From the NCBI GenBank assembly GCA_963810095.1, contig CAWEMM010000006.1, positions 1,120,001 to 1,184,000 on the forward strand: a stretch of 64,000 bases of DNA, given 5' to 3'. The notes under the pieces are model-generated. The model saw nothing but the letters and a program-made list of their open reading frames with translations. It was not told where the DNA came from and did no database searches. Made by a program: the position numbers and the translations under genes. Of this stretch, positions 31,759 through 43,300 are shown in pieces. The DNA is from an uncultured Chloroflexia bacterium (GTDB taxonomy: Bacteria; Chloroflexota; Anaerolineae; CG2-30-64-16). Numbering within the stretch: position 1 is the first letter of the stretch; each line of letters opens with the position of its first letter.

Positions 31759-34700
31759 TCATTGAGCGGGCTCGTCTGCGCCCCGCGGCTCGAGCGTCTC
31801 AGTTTCGACGGCCGCAGCAGGCTCGGCGTCGGCCGCGGCCGCGGCCGCTCCGCCCGCTTGGCGGACAGTGGCGAGGAACAGCGTGCTTCGGTCGATGATC
31901 TGGATGCTGTCCACGTAGCTCCAGGTGTTGTATTTGTTGTCGGGGCGGCCGTTCTGCGGCCCGTTGCAGTTGGCAAACACCAGCTCGCCGTGCTTCCCCG
32001 CATACTTCTCGAGGTCGAGGTCCATGATCCGCCATCCCGTGTCGTACAACTGGCGGTACTTGCTCGTCGGATTTCCCGTGCGGAACAGGTACGCTGCGGG
32101 CTGCCCGTCCTCGACGAACTTCACATCGAGCGTGTCCACGTACGAGTGCAGGTAGTCGCTGTACATCACGTCGTAAGTCAGCACCCGGTACCAGAATCGC
32201 AGGGTCGGATGTCGCACCTGCTCCAGGCTCGGAATCGTGATCTGTTGGTGGATCGATCCGCAACCGGCAGGCACCGCGCCCGGCGGGTCGAGGCTGGGCC
32301 CATACCTTTCGCTCCCCAGCTGGGCCGCCAGGGTCGACACGCTGCCCGGCCCGGTCGTCCCCACCACGCCCGTGTCGAGCAGGTCGTCTACGCCTCGGCT
32401 CCAATCCGGCGGCAAGACCCCGGGGTTATCGAACCCCCCGTTCAACACGGGTTGGACCAGGACGCTCAGGTTCCCGGGCGCAACCTGGCGGTTGCCCGCA
32501 CGATCGCGGCCGTAGACCCGGAAGAAATACGTGTGTCCGCGCTGTCCCGTGAACTGTGCAGACATCAAGCGCGTCTGCTCGAGCCAGTTCTGCCACGGGC
32601 CATCATAGCCGTCGCGGACCTGTACGTCGTAGCTGGCCAGTCCCGAGCCTTCGCGCGGGTCGCCGCCGGTCCAGCTTACGTCAAACTGGGTGCTCGTCAC
32701 GGGCGGCTGCGGCCCTGAGAAGCTCGTCTGGGGTGGCGTCTGGTCGATCGCCACCTCAAACACATGCGCAATTTCGGCATTGCCTGCCCGGTCTTCCGCC
32801 CAAATGCGCACCGTGTGCCGGCCGTCGGTCGAGACCACGAGGGTCGATGCGGTCTTCAGCGTGTTGGGTGGAAAGTGAGCCGGGGCCGAGGACTGCACGG
32901 GGCCGTTGTCGATTTGGTAGTGGATCGCGAGCAGGCCAGATGCAGCGTCGGCAGCAGACATGTCGAAGGTCACCGGTTCGACATACCAGCCGTTCAACCC
33001 TGAAGCGGCCGTAGGTGTAATGACAGTTACAGGTGGGGTGCCATCGTACCATACGCTGTCGCTGATCGCAACCGCCGTCGCAGCGTTTGTGTTGCCTGCT
33101 CCGTCGCGTAGCCACAGGTAGGCCGAGTGGCGGCCCTCGCCAGGCGCCTTCACGCCGTTGATTTCGGTGGAACCCTCGTAGAACGTGCCGTCAGCGCCGC
33201 TGGTGGGCGGGGCGTCGAACTTGACATACGCGCCGCCGATCCCCGATTGGTCCCCCATGCTGGGCCACTCGAAGTGGAAGCTGTTGAAGCGGGTCCAGCC
33301 CTGCGGCGATACCAGTACGGCCGTGGGCGCGGGCGGCGCCGTGAAGTCGAGGCGCACCGTGTATTGCTGCGGCGCCTCGACGTTGCCGGCAACGTCTTCA
33401 GCGTAGTAGTCGAGAACATGCTTGTCGGCCTGCGTCACGGGAATAGTGACGGTGTTCTTCGTCACCACCTGCCACGCGCCGCCATCCAGCCGGTAGTGCA
33501 CCGCCGCGACCCCCGAAGCGCCATCCGTCGCGGTCAGCACGACCGAAACGGGCGAGAGCCACCAGCCGCCCACCCCTTGCTGCCCTTGCACCTGCACGCC
33601 GGTTACGGGCGCGGTCGCGTCGTAGCGCAGGACGGGGCTGCTCGACGAGGGCGCGAGCCCCGGGGGCCGTCTTCTGGTCCGCATTCCCCGCCGCATCGCG
33701 CAGCCACAGGTACAGGCGATACGCGCCTTCAGCCGGGACCGCCAGGCCGTCGATCCGCTGGGTCTGCGAGATCACAAGCCCGTCTTTCGGGCCGGCCGGC
33801 GCACCGCCGCCCGATAGGTCGCCCAGCTTGACGTACGCGCCCGTCACGCCGCTGAGGTCGTTGGGGCTCGTCCATTGGACATTGAAGGAGTTCGTGCGGC
33901 TCCAGCCGGCGGGCGCCGCGCTGAACCCGGCAGGCCCGGCCGGCGCAGCCGTGTCGAGCTTCACCTGGGTGACCGTCGTGGCCCCCACGTTTCCCGCCGC
34001 ATCGGTGGCATAGTAGGCCAGGTCGTAGACGCCGTCGCCCGCGAGCGGGAACTGCGTCCCTGTCTGCCAGGCGCCGCCGTTGATCTTGTAGCGCGTGGTG
34101 GCGATCCCCGCACCGTTGTCCTGGGGCAGCAACCGGACCGTGACATTCGAGACGTGCCAGCCGTTCTCGCCCACAGTCCCGTCGACAGCCTGCCCCGTGA
34201 CGGGAGGCGTCGCATCGACGTGTGCTTCCACCGCAACCAGTTTCGACCGGTTGCCGGCCGCGTCCTGCCCGTAATACTCGATGCGATACGAGCCTTCGGC
34301 GGCGAGGGTGAACGTTGCCGGGGCCGACAGCGGGCCCTCTTGCCAGGGTCCGTCGTTGAGGCGGTAATAGCCCCGGGGCCCACCTGAGGTCGTGTCGACG
34401 ACCGACAGGGTGTAGGTCACGGCGGCCGTGTACCAGCCGGTAGAGTTGGGAAGGCGGTCCGCTTGCAGGGTTGTGGTGGGCGCGGTCTTGTCGACGCCAA
34501 AGGCGAAGACCTTGTCCGGCTGCTCCAGGTTCCCTGCCCTATCGTGTGCACGATAGCGCAGCTGGTGCGGCCCTTCTGTGCTGACCGTCAGCAGCTTTGG
34601 CGCGGGGGTCCAGGGCGAAGTGTCGAGTTGGTAGTCCACTGCGGGCGGATAGGCCGGCTCTACGGGGAGGTCGGTGACGGTGAAGCTCATGGCGACGCTG

Positions 34701-35912
34701 CCCGTGTACCATCCCGTAGCCGGCAGTGTCGGCGTAAAGATCGAGGAACTGACCGGCAGCGTGCCGTCGTACCAGAACACGTTCGGATCGCCCATGGGGT
34801 ATTCCGAATTTACGTTGCCGGCCGCATCGACGAGCCAGACATAGAGATCGTGGACGCCGTCCCCGGGGACGTGAATATCGGTAATGGTGTTGCTCGTCTT
34901 AACGTACGTCCCGTCCGTGGCCGACGTCGGGGGCGTGTTGAGCTTATAGTAGGCGGCGGCAATGCCTGACAGGTCGGTCGGGTTGCGCCACGTTTCGGAG
35001 AAGCTGTTGACGTTGGTCCACTGGCGGGCAGGCGAGCCAACGGGACGGGTGGGTTGGTCTGGGGCGGTCGTATCCCAGTAGACCGTAGTGCTGGTGGCGC
35101 TTGCCGGGTTCGCCCGGCCCAGCTTGTCCTGCAGCCACACGTAAACCGGATGCGCGCCGTCGTCGACCCCCGGCGTGCCGGGCGTAATCCCTGCGATGCT
35201 GGTGGACGTCATCACGAACGTGCCGTCCGTAGGGGAAGTAGGGGCCGAGCCCACCTTGTACCAGGCGCCGGCAATGCCGGCCGCATCCCACGGATTGGTC
35301 CACGAGACTGTGAAGCTGCCCGCGTTCGTCCAGCCTTGCGGGTTGGCCGTCAGGTTCTCGGGGGCTGCCGGCGCCGAGCCGTCGACGCGCAACAGGTAGG
35401 GCAAGCTGACGGACTCCGCGCCGCCCGTCTCGACGGTGCGAAAGCGAATGTAATTAAGGCTGGCGGAGTCAGGCAGGGCAAGGCCCGCCACCACGATGTT
35501 GTGGGTGGTGGAAACCGGAATGCCCACCGTCAGCCCATCCGTCGACCACGCGCCCCAGGTCGCGCCGCCGTCTTTGCTCAGGGCGTAGGCGTCGGTCAGC
35601 GGCTCCAGGCCCGCAGGGGAGGTGGCCTGAATGGCACTGGTGAAGGGCACGGCCGTCACCCAATCGGCGGGAGCGAAGGCGCCCCACGTGACCGCCTGCG
35701 CCGCACGTGCCGCGCCACCGTGGCCGCCTTCGGGCACGGAAGCCAGGACCCCGGGGGCCGGGGCCGCCAGAATGAGCAAGAACACGAACGCGGCGATCAG
35801 GCGCCGCAGTCTCGGTGTGAAAGGGTTGAACTGGGGACCGCCGGCGGTGCGCAGCCCGGTGAAGCGCGGCCGAATCGGGGCCGCCGGCGTTATCGCTCAG
35901 TACGGGGGACAT
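31759..35912 (-). CDS. large secreted Ig-like repeat protein (OmpL47/Big-like and FnIII-like modules); frameshifts near 35840 and 33660
   Basis: Signal peptide (RRLIAAFVFLLILAAPA), repeated D.T.P and D.AGN motifs, GW[YHW] modules. ORFs 33398..35785 and 31759..33696. Confidence 0.8.
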
Positions 35913-35987
35913 ACTCTTGCTACCTCAACTGCAGCAGCACGGGCATGCGGCACGCCGGCAGACGCTCGCGGTGGCCGGCAGTGCCAC

Positions 35988-36677
35988 TCAGGCGCTGACT
36001 TCGAACTTATACCCCAGGCCGCGCGCGGTGGTAATGTAGTGAGGATCGTCGGGGTTGGGTTCCAGCTTGGAGCGCAGCCTGCGGATGTAGACCGCAACCT
36101 GGTTGGAGTAACCCTCGTAGTCGTAGCCCCACACCGTGCTGAGCAGCTGTTCATGCGTCAACACGCGGCCATTATTACGCATTAAGGTGTGCAACAGGCG
36201 AAACTCGATCGGCGTGAGTTCGACCGCCCGGCCGTTTGGCAGTGTCACGGTGTTGTTCACCGGATCCAGGCGAAACCCCTCGACGCTCAACTGGCTCTGA
36301 GGCTCGCCAAAGGTAAAGGCCTCGGCCCGCCGCAGCACGGCTCGCACACGGGCGAGCAGTTCCGAAGGCTCAAATGGCTTGGCCAGGTAATCATCCGCGC
36401 CCAGGTCCAGCCCGAATACCCGGTCGCTGGTTTCACCCTTCGCAGAAAGAATCAGGATGGGGAGGTTGGTTGTCCGTCGCAGGTTGCGAGTGACTTCCCA
36501 CCCGTCCATGCCCGGCATCATCACATCCAACACCAGCAGGTCGGGCGCCTTCTCGTCGATCATACGCAGCGCTTCGTGCCCGTTGTCTGCCGTGTATACC
36601 GTGTACCCTTCCTCGCGCAACAGAAACGCCGTCATCTTCAAGCTCGGACGGTCGTCGTCAACGATCAGGATCCGCAT
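35988..36677 (-). CDS. OmpR/PhoB-family response regulator
   Basis: MRILIVDDD, LDVMMPGMDG, GADDYLAKPF, LTPIEFRLL, VYIRRLRSKLE, TARGLGYKF. Confidence 0.95.
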   Translation of the reverse strand: MRILIVDDDRPSLKMTAFLLREEGYTVYTADNGHEALRMIDEKAPDLLVLDVMMPGMDGWEVTRNLRRTTNLPILILSAKGETSDRVFGLDLGADDYLAKPFEPSELLARVRAVLRRAEAFTFGEPQSQLSVEGFRLDPVNNTVTLPNGRAVELTPIEFRLLHTLMRNNGRVLTHEQLLSTVWGYDYEGYSNQVAVYIRRLRSKLEPNPDDPHYITTARGLGYKFEVSA

Positions 36678-36737
36678 AGCCCCTGGTCTCTCCTCGGCCG
36701 CATGGTGCCTGGGCGGCCGGTGTCCTCGTGGAGATTC

Positions 36738-36766
36738 ATCATAACATAAAGTGCGAGGAACCACAA
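36738..36766 (-). promoter_or_regulatory. sigma70-type promoter for the response regulator operon
   Basis: TTGTGG-N17-TATGAT with TGn extension, about 60 nt upstream of the ATG. Confidence 0.45.
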
Positions 36767-36947
36767 AAGCCTTGCGGCTGTCGCCGTGTCTCGCAAAGAT
36801 AGTTTCGGCCATCGGTCCTGTCGTCGTTCCTTTCTGGGCTTCGGCATCACCATACCGGCGCCGCATGAAAGGAGGATGAAGGATACCCGGACGAGATTGA
36901 CAGTCTTTTCACATGCCCGGCCGCGCCACGGCCCGGCGCAGGTGGAC

Positions 36948-38189
36948 CTATCCCGCGGCGAGGGCCTGCCCCAAGTCTTCGACGATGTCGCGCGGGTCTT
37001 CGATCCCAACCGAGAGGCGGACGAGCCCGTCGCCGATTCCAATCTGCGCCCGCATCTCGGGGGCAAGCGCCCTGTGCGAAGACATGGCCGGATAGAGCGT
37101 CAGCGTATAGACGTCGCCCAACGTGGTCGCGGGCTGGATAAGCTTCAGCCCTTCCATAAAACGAAAGACCTCGGCGCGACCGGCCCCGGCCAGGTCGAAG
37201 CTGACCATCGCACCGTAGAGCGCCTCGCCCGCGGGCGAGGTGGCGAAGAGCGCCGCGGCCAACCCGTGCTGCGGATGCGTCTTCAGCCCCGGGTAGTTGA
37301 CCTGCGCCACTTGCGGCTGCGCGGCCAGCCAGTCGGCCACGATGGCCGCGTTCCGGCACTGGCGCTCCACCCGCAGCGGCAGCGTCTTGAGCCCGCGGTG
37401 TGCCAGCCACGCCTCCTGCGGCGCCAGGTTGGCGCCCAGCAGCTTATTCAGCTCGTTCAGCGCCTGTCGTTCGGCCCGGCTGCCCACCACGACGACCCCG
37501 CCCAGCACGTCGCCGTGCCCGCCCAGGTACTTCGTGGCGCTGTGCACGACGAAATCCGCGCCCATCGCCAGCGGCCGGCACAGCACGGGCGTCGCAAAGG
37601 TATTGTCGACGATGAACTTTGCTCCGGCTTCGTGGCTCAGCCGCGCCAGCGCAGGCAAGTCGGCCACCTTCAGCAGCGGGTTCGACACGGTTTCGGCCAG
37701 CAGCGCGACGGGGTGCAGCTCGGCCAGTGCGGCGGCAACCGCGTTCAGGTCCGCAACGTCTACGAACCGAACCGTGACGCCTTGGGTCGCAAGGATGCGG
37801 TTGAGCAAGGCATAGGTCGCGCCATAGACGTCGTGTGCGGCAACGACCGCAGTTCCCGCCCGGGCGCCCGCCGCCAGCAGCGCGGCGTGAATGGCAGCCA
37901 TCCCCGAGCCATACGCCAACGCGGCCTCACCGCCTTCGAGCGCGGCCGTCGCCGCCTCGAACGCTGCGACCGTCGGGTTTCCATAGCGGGTATAGACCGG
38001 GTTGTCCGAACTGCCGGCAAAGACCGCGTCCAGGTCTTCGGTGTCCTCGTAGGTGTAGCCGACGCTGTGATGCACGGGCGTTACCACCGGCTGATAGCTG
38101 TGCCCCGCGTCCAGACCGGTGAGGGGCGTCGTCTTTGTCGCGCGCTCGCCCGCGTGAACTGCCAACGTATAAATCGAATCCTCGGCCAT
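36948..38189 (-). CDS. Cys/Met metabolism PLP enzyme (cystathionine gamma-synthase / methionine gamma-lyase family)
   Basis: YTRYGNPT, SGMAAI, VDNTFATP, HSATKYLGGHGD (PLP lysine), VRLSVGIED. Confidence 0.92.
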   Translation of the reverse strand: MAEDSIYTLAVHAGERATKTTPLTGLDAGHSYQPVVTPVHHSVGYTYEDTEDLDAVFAGSSDNPVYTRYGNPTVAAFEAATAALEGGEAALAYGSGMAAIHAALLAAGARAGTAVVAAHDVYGATYALLNRILATQGVTVRFVDVADLNAVAAALAELHPVALLAETVSNPLLKVADLPALARLSHEAGAKFIVDNTFATPVLCRPLAMGADFVVHSATKYLGGHGDVLGGVVVVGSRAERQALNELNKLLGANLAPQEAWLAHRGLKTLPLRVERQCRNAAIVADWLAAQPQVAQVNYPGLKTHPQHGLAAALFATSPAGEALYGAMVSFDLAGAGRAEVFRFMEGLKLIQPATTLGDVYTLTLYPAMSSHRALAPEMRAQIGIGDGLVRLSVGIEDPRDIVEDLGQALAAG

Positions 38190-38242
38190 GCACTTATCTC
38201 CTGAAGAGCGCCCTGCCTCGAGTGGCGCCGTTTCGCCCCATT

Positions 38243-38282
38243 CTAACGCAACTCTAACGCTTCATTTGCATCTTACTAACGC
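38243..38282. promoter_or_regulatory. three CTAACGC direct repeats on an 11-bp lattice
   Basis: Copies at 38243, 38254 and 38276 in the divergent PLP-enzyme/htpG intergenic region. Confidence 0.5.
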
Positions 38283-38378
38283 TAAAGGTTAAATCTAGCT
38301 TCGCGCAATTCTGGCGATTAACGGATCCTCGTGCGGCGAGCAGTCGCCCGCGGGACCGGCCGATCAGGAGGCTACACG

Positions 38379-40263
38379 ATGACTGACGAACCCCGTACGG
38401 CAGAGAGTGCCGGGACCGGCGCGCCCCAGACGATGGAGTTCCGCGCCGAAGTCCAGCAGCTGCTCAATATTCTGGCCCATTCGCTCTACACCGAGCGCGA
38501 GATCTTCCTGCGCGAGCTCATTTCGAACGCATCCGACGCACTGCACCGCGTGCAATTCGAGATGCTCACGAATCGCGACGTGCTCGACCCGGAGGCGGAG
38601 CTGGCAATCCGCATCGAGTCGGACCCGGTCGCGCACACGCTCACGATCTCAGACACCGGCATCGGCATGACGCGCGACGAGCTGATCGAGAACCTGGGCA
38701 CCATCGCACACTCGGGCGCGCTGGCCTTCATGCAGAAGATCGGCGAAGGGCAGAAGCCCGTCGATATTATCGGCCAGTTTGGCGTCGGCTTTTATTCGGT
38801 GTTCATGGCCGCCGACGAAGTCGTGGTCACGACGCGCTCCTACCGGCCCGGGTCTGAAGCCTGGCGCTGGACCTCGCACGGCGGCAGCCGCTTCACGCTG
38901 GAGCCCGCCGAGAAGGAAAACCGCGGGACCGAAGTCCTGATCAAGCTGAAGGAGGACGCGCAGGACTTCGCCGACTTCATGGCGGCTCGAGAACATCATC
39001 CGCCGCCATTCGAACTACGTCTCGTTCCCGATCTACCTGAAGGGCGAGGTCGTCAATCAGCGCACCGCCCTGTGGCGCACGCCCGCCCGCGACGTCAAGC
39101 CGGAAGAGTACGACGAGTTCTACCGCCAGCTCACGCTCGATCCCGAGCCGCCGCTGCTGCACACCCACATCATCACCGACGCGCCCGTCGAGATCCGTGC
39201 GGTCCTCTTCGTGCCGCGCAAGGTCGACCGCGGCGTCCTGAGCCTGCGGTCGGATTACGGCCTGCGCCTCTACTCGCGCAAGGTGCTCATCCAGGAGCAC
39301 AACAAGGAGCTGCTTCCTGAGTACCTGCGCTTCGTCGAGGGCGTGGTCGACTCGGAGGACATCCCCCTGAACGTCTCGCGCGAAACCGTGCAGAGCAACC
39401 GGGTCCTGCGAGCGATGCAAAAGGTGCTGGCAGGCCGGGTGGTCAAGGTGCTCAACGAGCTGGCAGCCGAGAAGCCGGAGGAGTACGAGGCCTTCTGGAA
39501 CGAAATGGGGGTGTTCATCAAGCAAGGCGTGGCCATGGGTGCGGGCGAAAAAGACGAGCTCCTCACGCTGCTCCGCTTCACCTCGACGCGCTCCGAGGGC
39601 AAGCCGGTCGCGCTGGTCGACTACGCGGGCCGGATGGCCGAGGGACAGGACGAGATCTACTACCTGCTCGGCAGCGATCCGCTCTCCGTCGCGGCCAGCC
39701 CCCACCTGGACCCCTTCAAGGCGCGCGGGCTGGAGGTGCTGCTGCTGGCAGACCCATTCGACGGGTACATGATGCAGAGCGTGCACGAGTTCCAGGGGAA
39801 GAAGCTGCACAACGTGGACGACCCGGGGCTGACGCTGCCGGGCGAGGCCCCGACGCAGGCGGAAGAGTCGGAACCCGTGACCGACGCGGACTGGGCCGCG
39901 GTGGTGGCGCGGTTCAAGACCGTGCTGGCCGATCGGGTGACCGAGGTGCGCGAGTCACAGCTGCTGACCGGCAGCCCCGCGCGCCTGGTCTCGACCAACA
40001 CGGGCTTCGAGCGCGAGATGCAGCGCGTGCGCCGGCTCGTCGAGGACGACTACAAGGCGCCGCCCAAGATCCTCGAGCTCAACCGCCGCCATCCGTTGGT
40101 GCGGAACCTGGCCGCCCGGATTGCGGCGGAGCCGGCGGCGCCTGTCATCGACCCTGCCATCGAGCTGCTATTCGACAACCTGTTGCTGCAGGAGGGCCTG
40201 CACCCGAACCCGGCCGGCATGGCGCCGCGCATCCAGATGATGCTGGAGCGTGCGACGCGGTAG
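38379..40263 (+). CDS. htpG: Hsp90 chaperone HtpG; frameshift near 38975
   Basis: [71 protein letters not shown]. Confidence 0.96.
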
Positions 40264-40275
40264 GGCCGAACTGAT

Positions 40276-40362
40276 CTAACCGCAAAGTCACAAAGACTCG
40301 AAGGCTACCAGATTGTTTAAGCGTCTTCGTGGGCCTTCGTGTCCTGGTGTCTTTGTGGTTAG
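40276..40362. repeat. REP-like imperfect inverted repeat built from ~9-bp AAG/CTT units (family A)
   Basis: CTAACCGCAAAG...CTTTGTGGTTAG between convergent genes. Related copy at 48978-49050. Confidence 0.65.
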
Positions 40363-40374
40363 CGCCAACCCACG

Positions 40375-43300
40375 TTATGCGACCGCCCGCCGCAGCCGCG
40401 CCACCTGCGCGGCGTGTTCGGCCGCGCCCGGCGCGCCCGTTTCCTGTTCGTACTCCACCGCCACCTGCATGACCTCAGCCGCCCGGCCCAGCTGGCCGGC
40501 GCGCTGCAGCAGCATCCCCAGCATCCACGAGTGGCGCGCCCGGCTGGCCCGGTCGCCCAGCTCGCCGTAGATTTCCACGGCCTGGCTGTACGCATCCACC
40601 GCCCGCCGCGTTTCCTCGATCTCCATCAGCGCCAGCCCCAGGTTCGCCAGCCGGTTGGCTTCCTTGCGCCGTTCGCCCAGCGCCCGGCTGATCGACACAG
40701 CCTGGCGGTAGCAGTCGACTGCGGCTTGCATGTTATTCATTTCCGCGTGCGCGTTGCCCAGGTTGTTGAGGGTGTTCCCCTCCAACGCTCGGTCGCGGGT
40801 CTCCCGGCTCACTTCCAGCGCCTTCGTGTAGAAGTCCAGGGCATCCTTCGGCATCCCGAGCTGGGCCGACGCATTGCCCAGGCTGTTCAGCAGCCCCGCC
40901 TCGGTGCGCCTGTCGCCCACCGCCCGGCACAGGAACAACGCCTGCCGGTAGCAAACCATCGCTTGCGCGTGGTCCCCCATGTCAGCGTAGGCATCGCCGA
41001 GCGTGCGCAAGACCGGCGCCCGGTTGGGCCAGGATACAACGGCCCTGGCGGCGATCATTGCGTGCTCGCCGTAGTGAATCGCCTGCTTCGTGTCACCCGC
41101 ACTCGCATACAACATGGCCAGCTTGCCCGAGAGGTCGGCTTCGGCCGGATGATCTCCGCGCTGCAGGGCCAGCTCGAGCGCCTCGTTGTACGTCCGCAGA
41201 GCGTCGTCCGGCCGGGCGTTGCCGGCGTAGACGTCGCCGAGCCGCTGCATGACTTCCGCCCGGCCGTCCTTGTCGCCTGCTGCGTCGAGCAGCCCGAGGG
41301 CAGCCTCGTACGTGGTCGCAGCTTCCTCGCCCTTGCCCGATCCCGCGCACGCTGCGGCCAACGTGCGCAGCACTGCAACCTCGTTTTGCCCGTCGCCCAG
41401 GTCCCGCAGCAGCGCGACCGCCGCCCTGTACCCTTCGACCGCCTGGTTCGCTTCGCCCGCGGCCATCCACGCATCGCTCTGCGCAATCAGGATCTTCGCC
41501 TCGGTGGCCGGCTCGTGCCGTTCCCGGCTCAGGGCCAGCGCGCTACGGTAGCAGTCGGCCGCCCGCCGCGGCTCGTGCAGCCGGCTCGCCACGGGCGCCA
41601 GGCCCAACAGCAGGGCCAGCTCAGCCCCCTTGTCGCCAAGCTCGCGGGCCACGGCCAACCCCTGGTCGTAGTGCCGGGCGGCTTCGACGTTCTCGCCCAT
41701 GGCGGCCTCGGCATCGGCCAGCCGGCGGAGCACGATCAGCTCGCGCGGCTTGTCGTCCACCTGGCGCAGGAGGATGAGCGCCCAGCGGTCGTTTTCCACG
41801 GCGGCCACAGTGTCTCCCAGGGCAATGCTCAAGCTGGCGAGCCCATAGCGTGCTTCCGCCTGCGCAGCCCGGTCGCCCAGTTCCTCGGCGAGCCGCAGCG
41901 CACGGGCATACCCGGCCACGGCCGCCGCGGGATCGACCGGTGCGTCGCGTTCGGCCAGGGCCAGCCGCGCGGCCAGCTCGCCTGCCCGGTCGCCACATTC
42001 GCTGCTGACGGCCAGCGCGACCGGCATCGAAGCGAGGGCCAGCTCGCGCTGTTCGTTCGTGGCCGCGGCCGGATAGAGCCGGAGCGCCGCGGCCGCCTCA
42101 CTCTGCTGGTCGCCGAGCGAGCGGGCCAGGGGCAGCGCATCTTCCAGGTACGCGGCCGAGGATGCGGCCCGCCCCGTCTCCCCGTCGCCCAGAAGCGAAG
42201 CCAGCGCCATCAGGGCGGCCAGTTCCGCCGGCCCATCCCCGAGCTCCCGGCTCAGCGGCAGTGCGGCCCGATAGTGGTTCGTCGCGGCCGGCAGCTTGCC
42301 GGCGGCCTGTGCGCTCCGGCCCAGCCCGACGAGCGCCGCCAGCTCGTGCACCCGGTCCTGCACGCTGCGCGCCAGCGCGAGCGCTTTCCGATAGGCTTCG
42401 GCGCAGCGGGGGATGGAGCCGAGCGCCGCCTGGACCTGTGCGAGGCCGAGCCATCCTTCGAGTTCCTCGCCGGGCAGGCCGCGTGCATGCGCGAGTTCGA
42501 TCCCGGCACGGTAGGTGTCTGCCGCCGCGGGGGCGTTTCCCAGTTGGAACTGGGTGGCGGCGAGCGAGAACTGCACCCCCGTCACCTCGCGCACGTCGCC
42601 CGCGTCGAGCAGTGTGTCGAGGGCTGCGCGGTACGCTTCCGCAGCTGCTTCCAGGTCGCCTGCCGCCACATCGAGCTTGGCCAGCCCGGCCCGTGCCAGC
42701 CCCGCCCCGCGCTTTTCGCCGGCTTCCTCACCCGCGGCCAGGGCGTCGACGAACCGGCGCCGCGCGAGCCCGTCCTCGCCGCCGGCCGCAGCCCCGGCCC
42801 CGAGCGCCAGAGACGACCAGCACACGACACGCCCGTCTCCTGCCGCCCGGCCCGCCTGCAGGGCCGCTTCGTAGGTCTCCCACCCCCGTTCACGCTCGCC
42901 CGTTCCGGCGTAGACTGCCGCCAGCCCCATGAGCGCGTTCGCCTCGACCCCCGTATCTCCTGCGCTGCGGGCCAGCCCCAGGGCCCGCTCGTGCTCGGCC
43001 GTTGCATTGGCGAAGTTGCCCGCCGCCAACTCCAGCGCGCCCAGCAGGTTGTGAGCCTGGCCTTCCAAGGCAGGGGCAGCCGGGCTCAGGCCGGCGGAAA
43101 TCGCGATCACCTGCTCCAGGCAGGCTCGCCCCGGTTCCGCTTCGCCCCCAGCCAGGTGCGCCTGGCCCCACGCCAGCAGCGCCGCAGCTTCGCCGGCCCG
43201 GTCCCCCTGGTCGGCCAACAGCCCCCACGCCTCCTGGTATGCGCGCACCGCTTCCGCATACGCGGCGGCCCGGTGTTGGTTGCGGCCCACGCCGAACAGG

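Noticed and set aside
38190-38240. SAM riboswitch upstream of the Cys/Met enzyme, or T-box upstream of metG
   Set aside because: The leaders are only about 50 nt from the likely promoters and lack the conserved elements.
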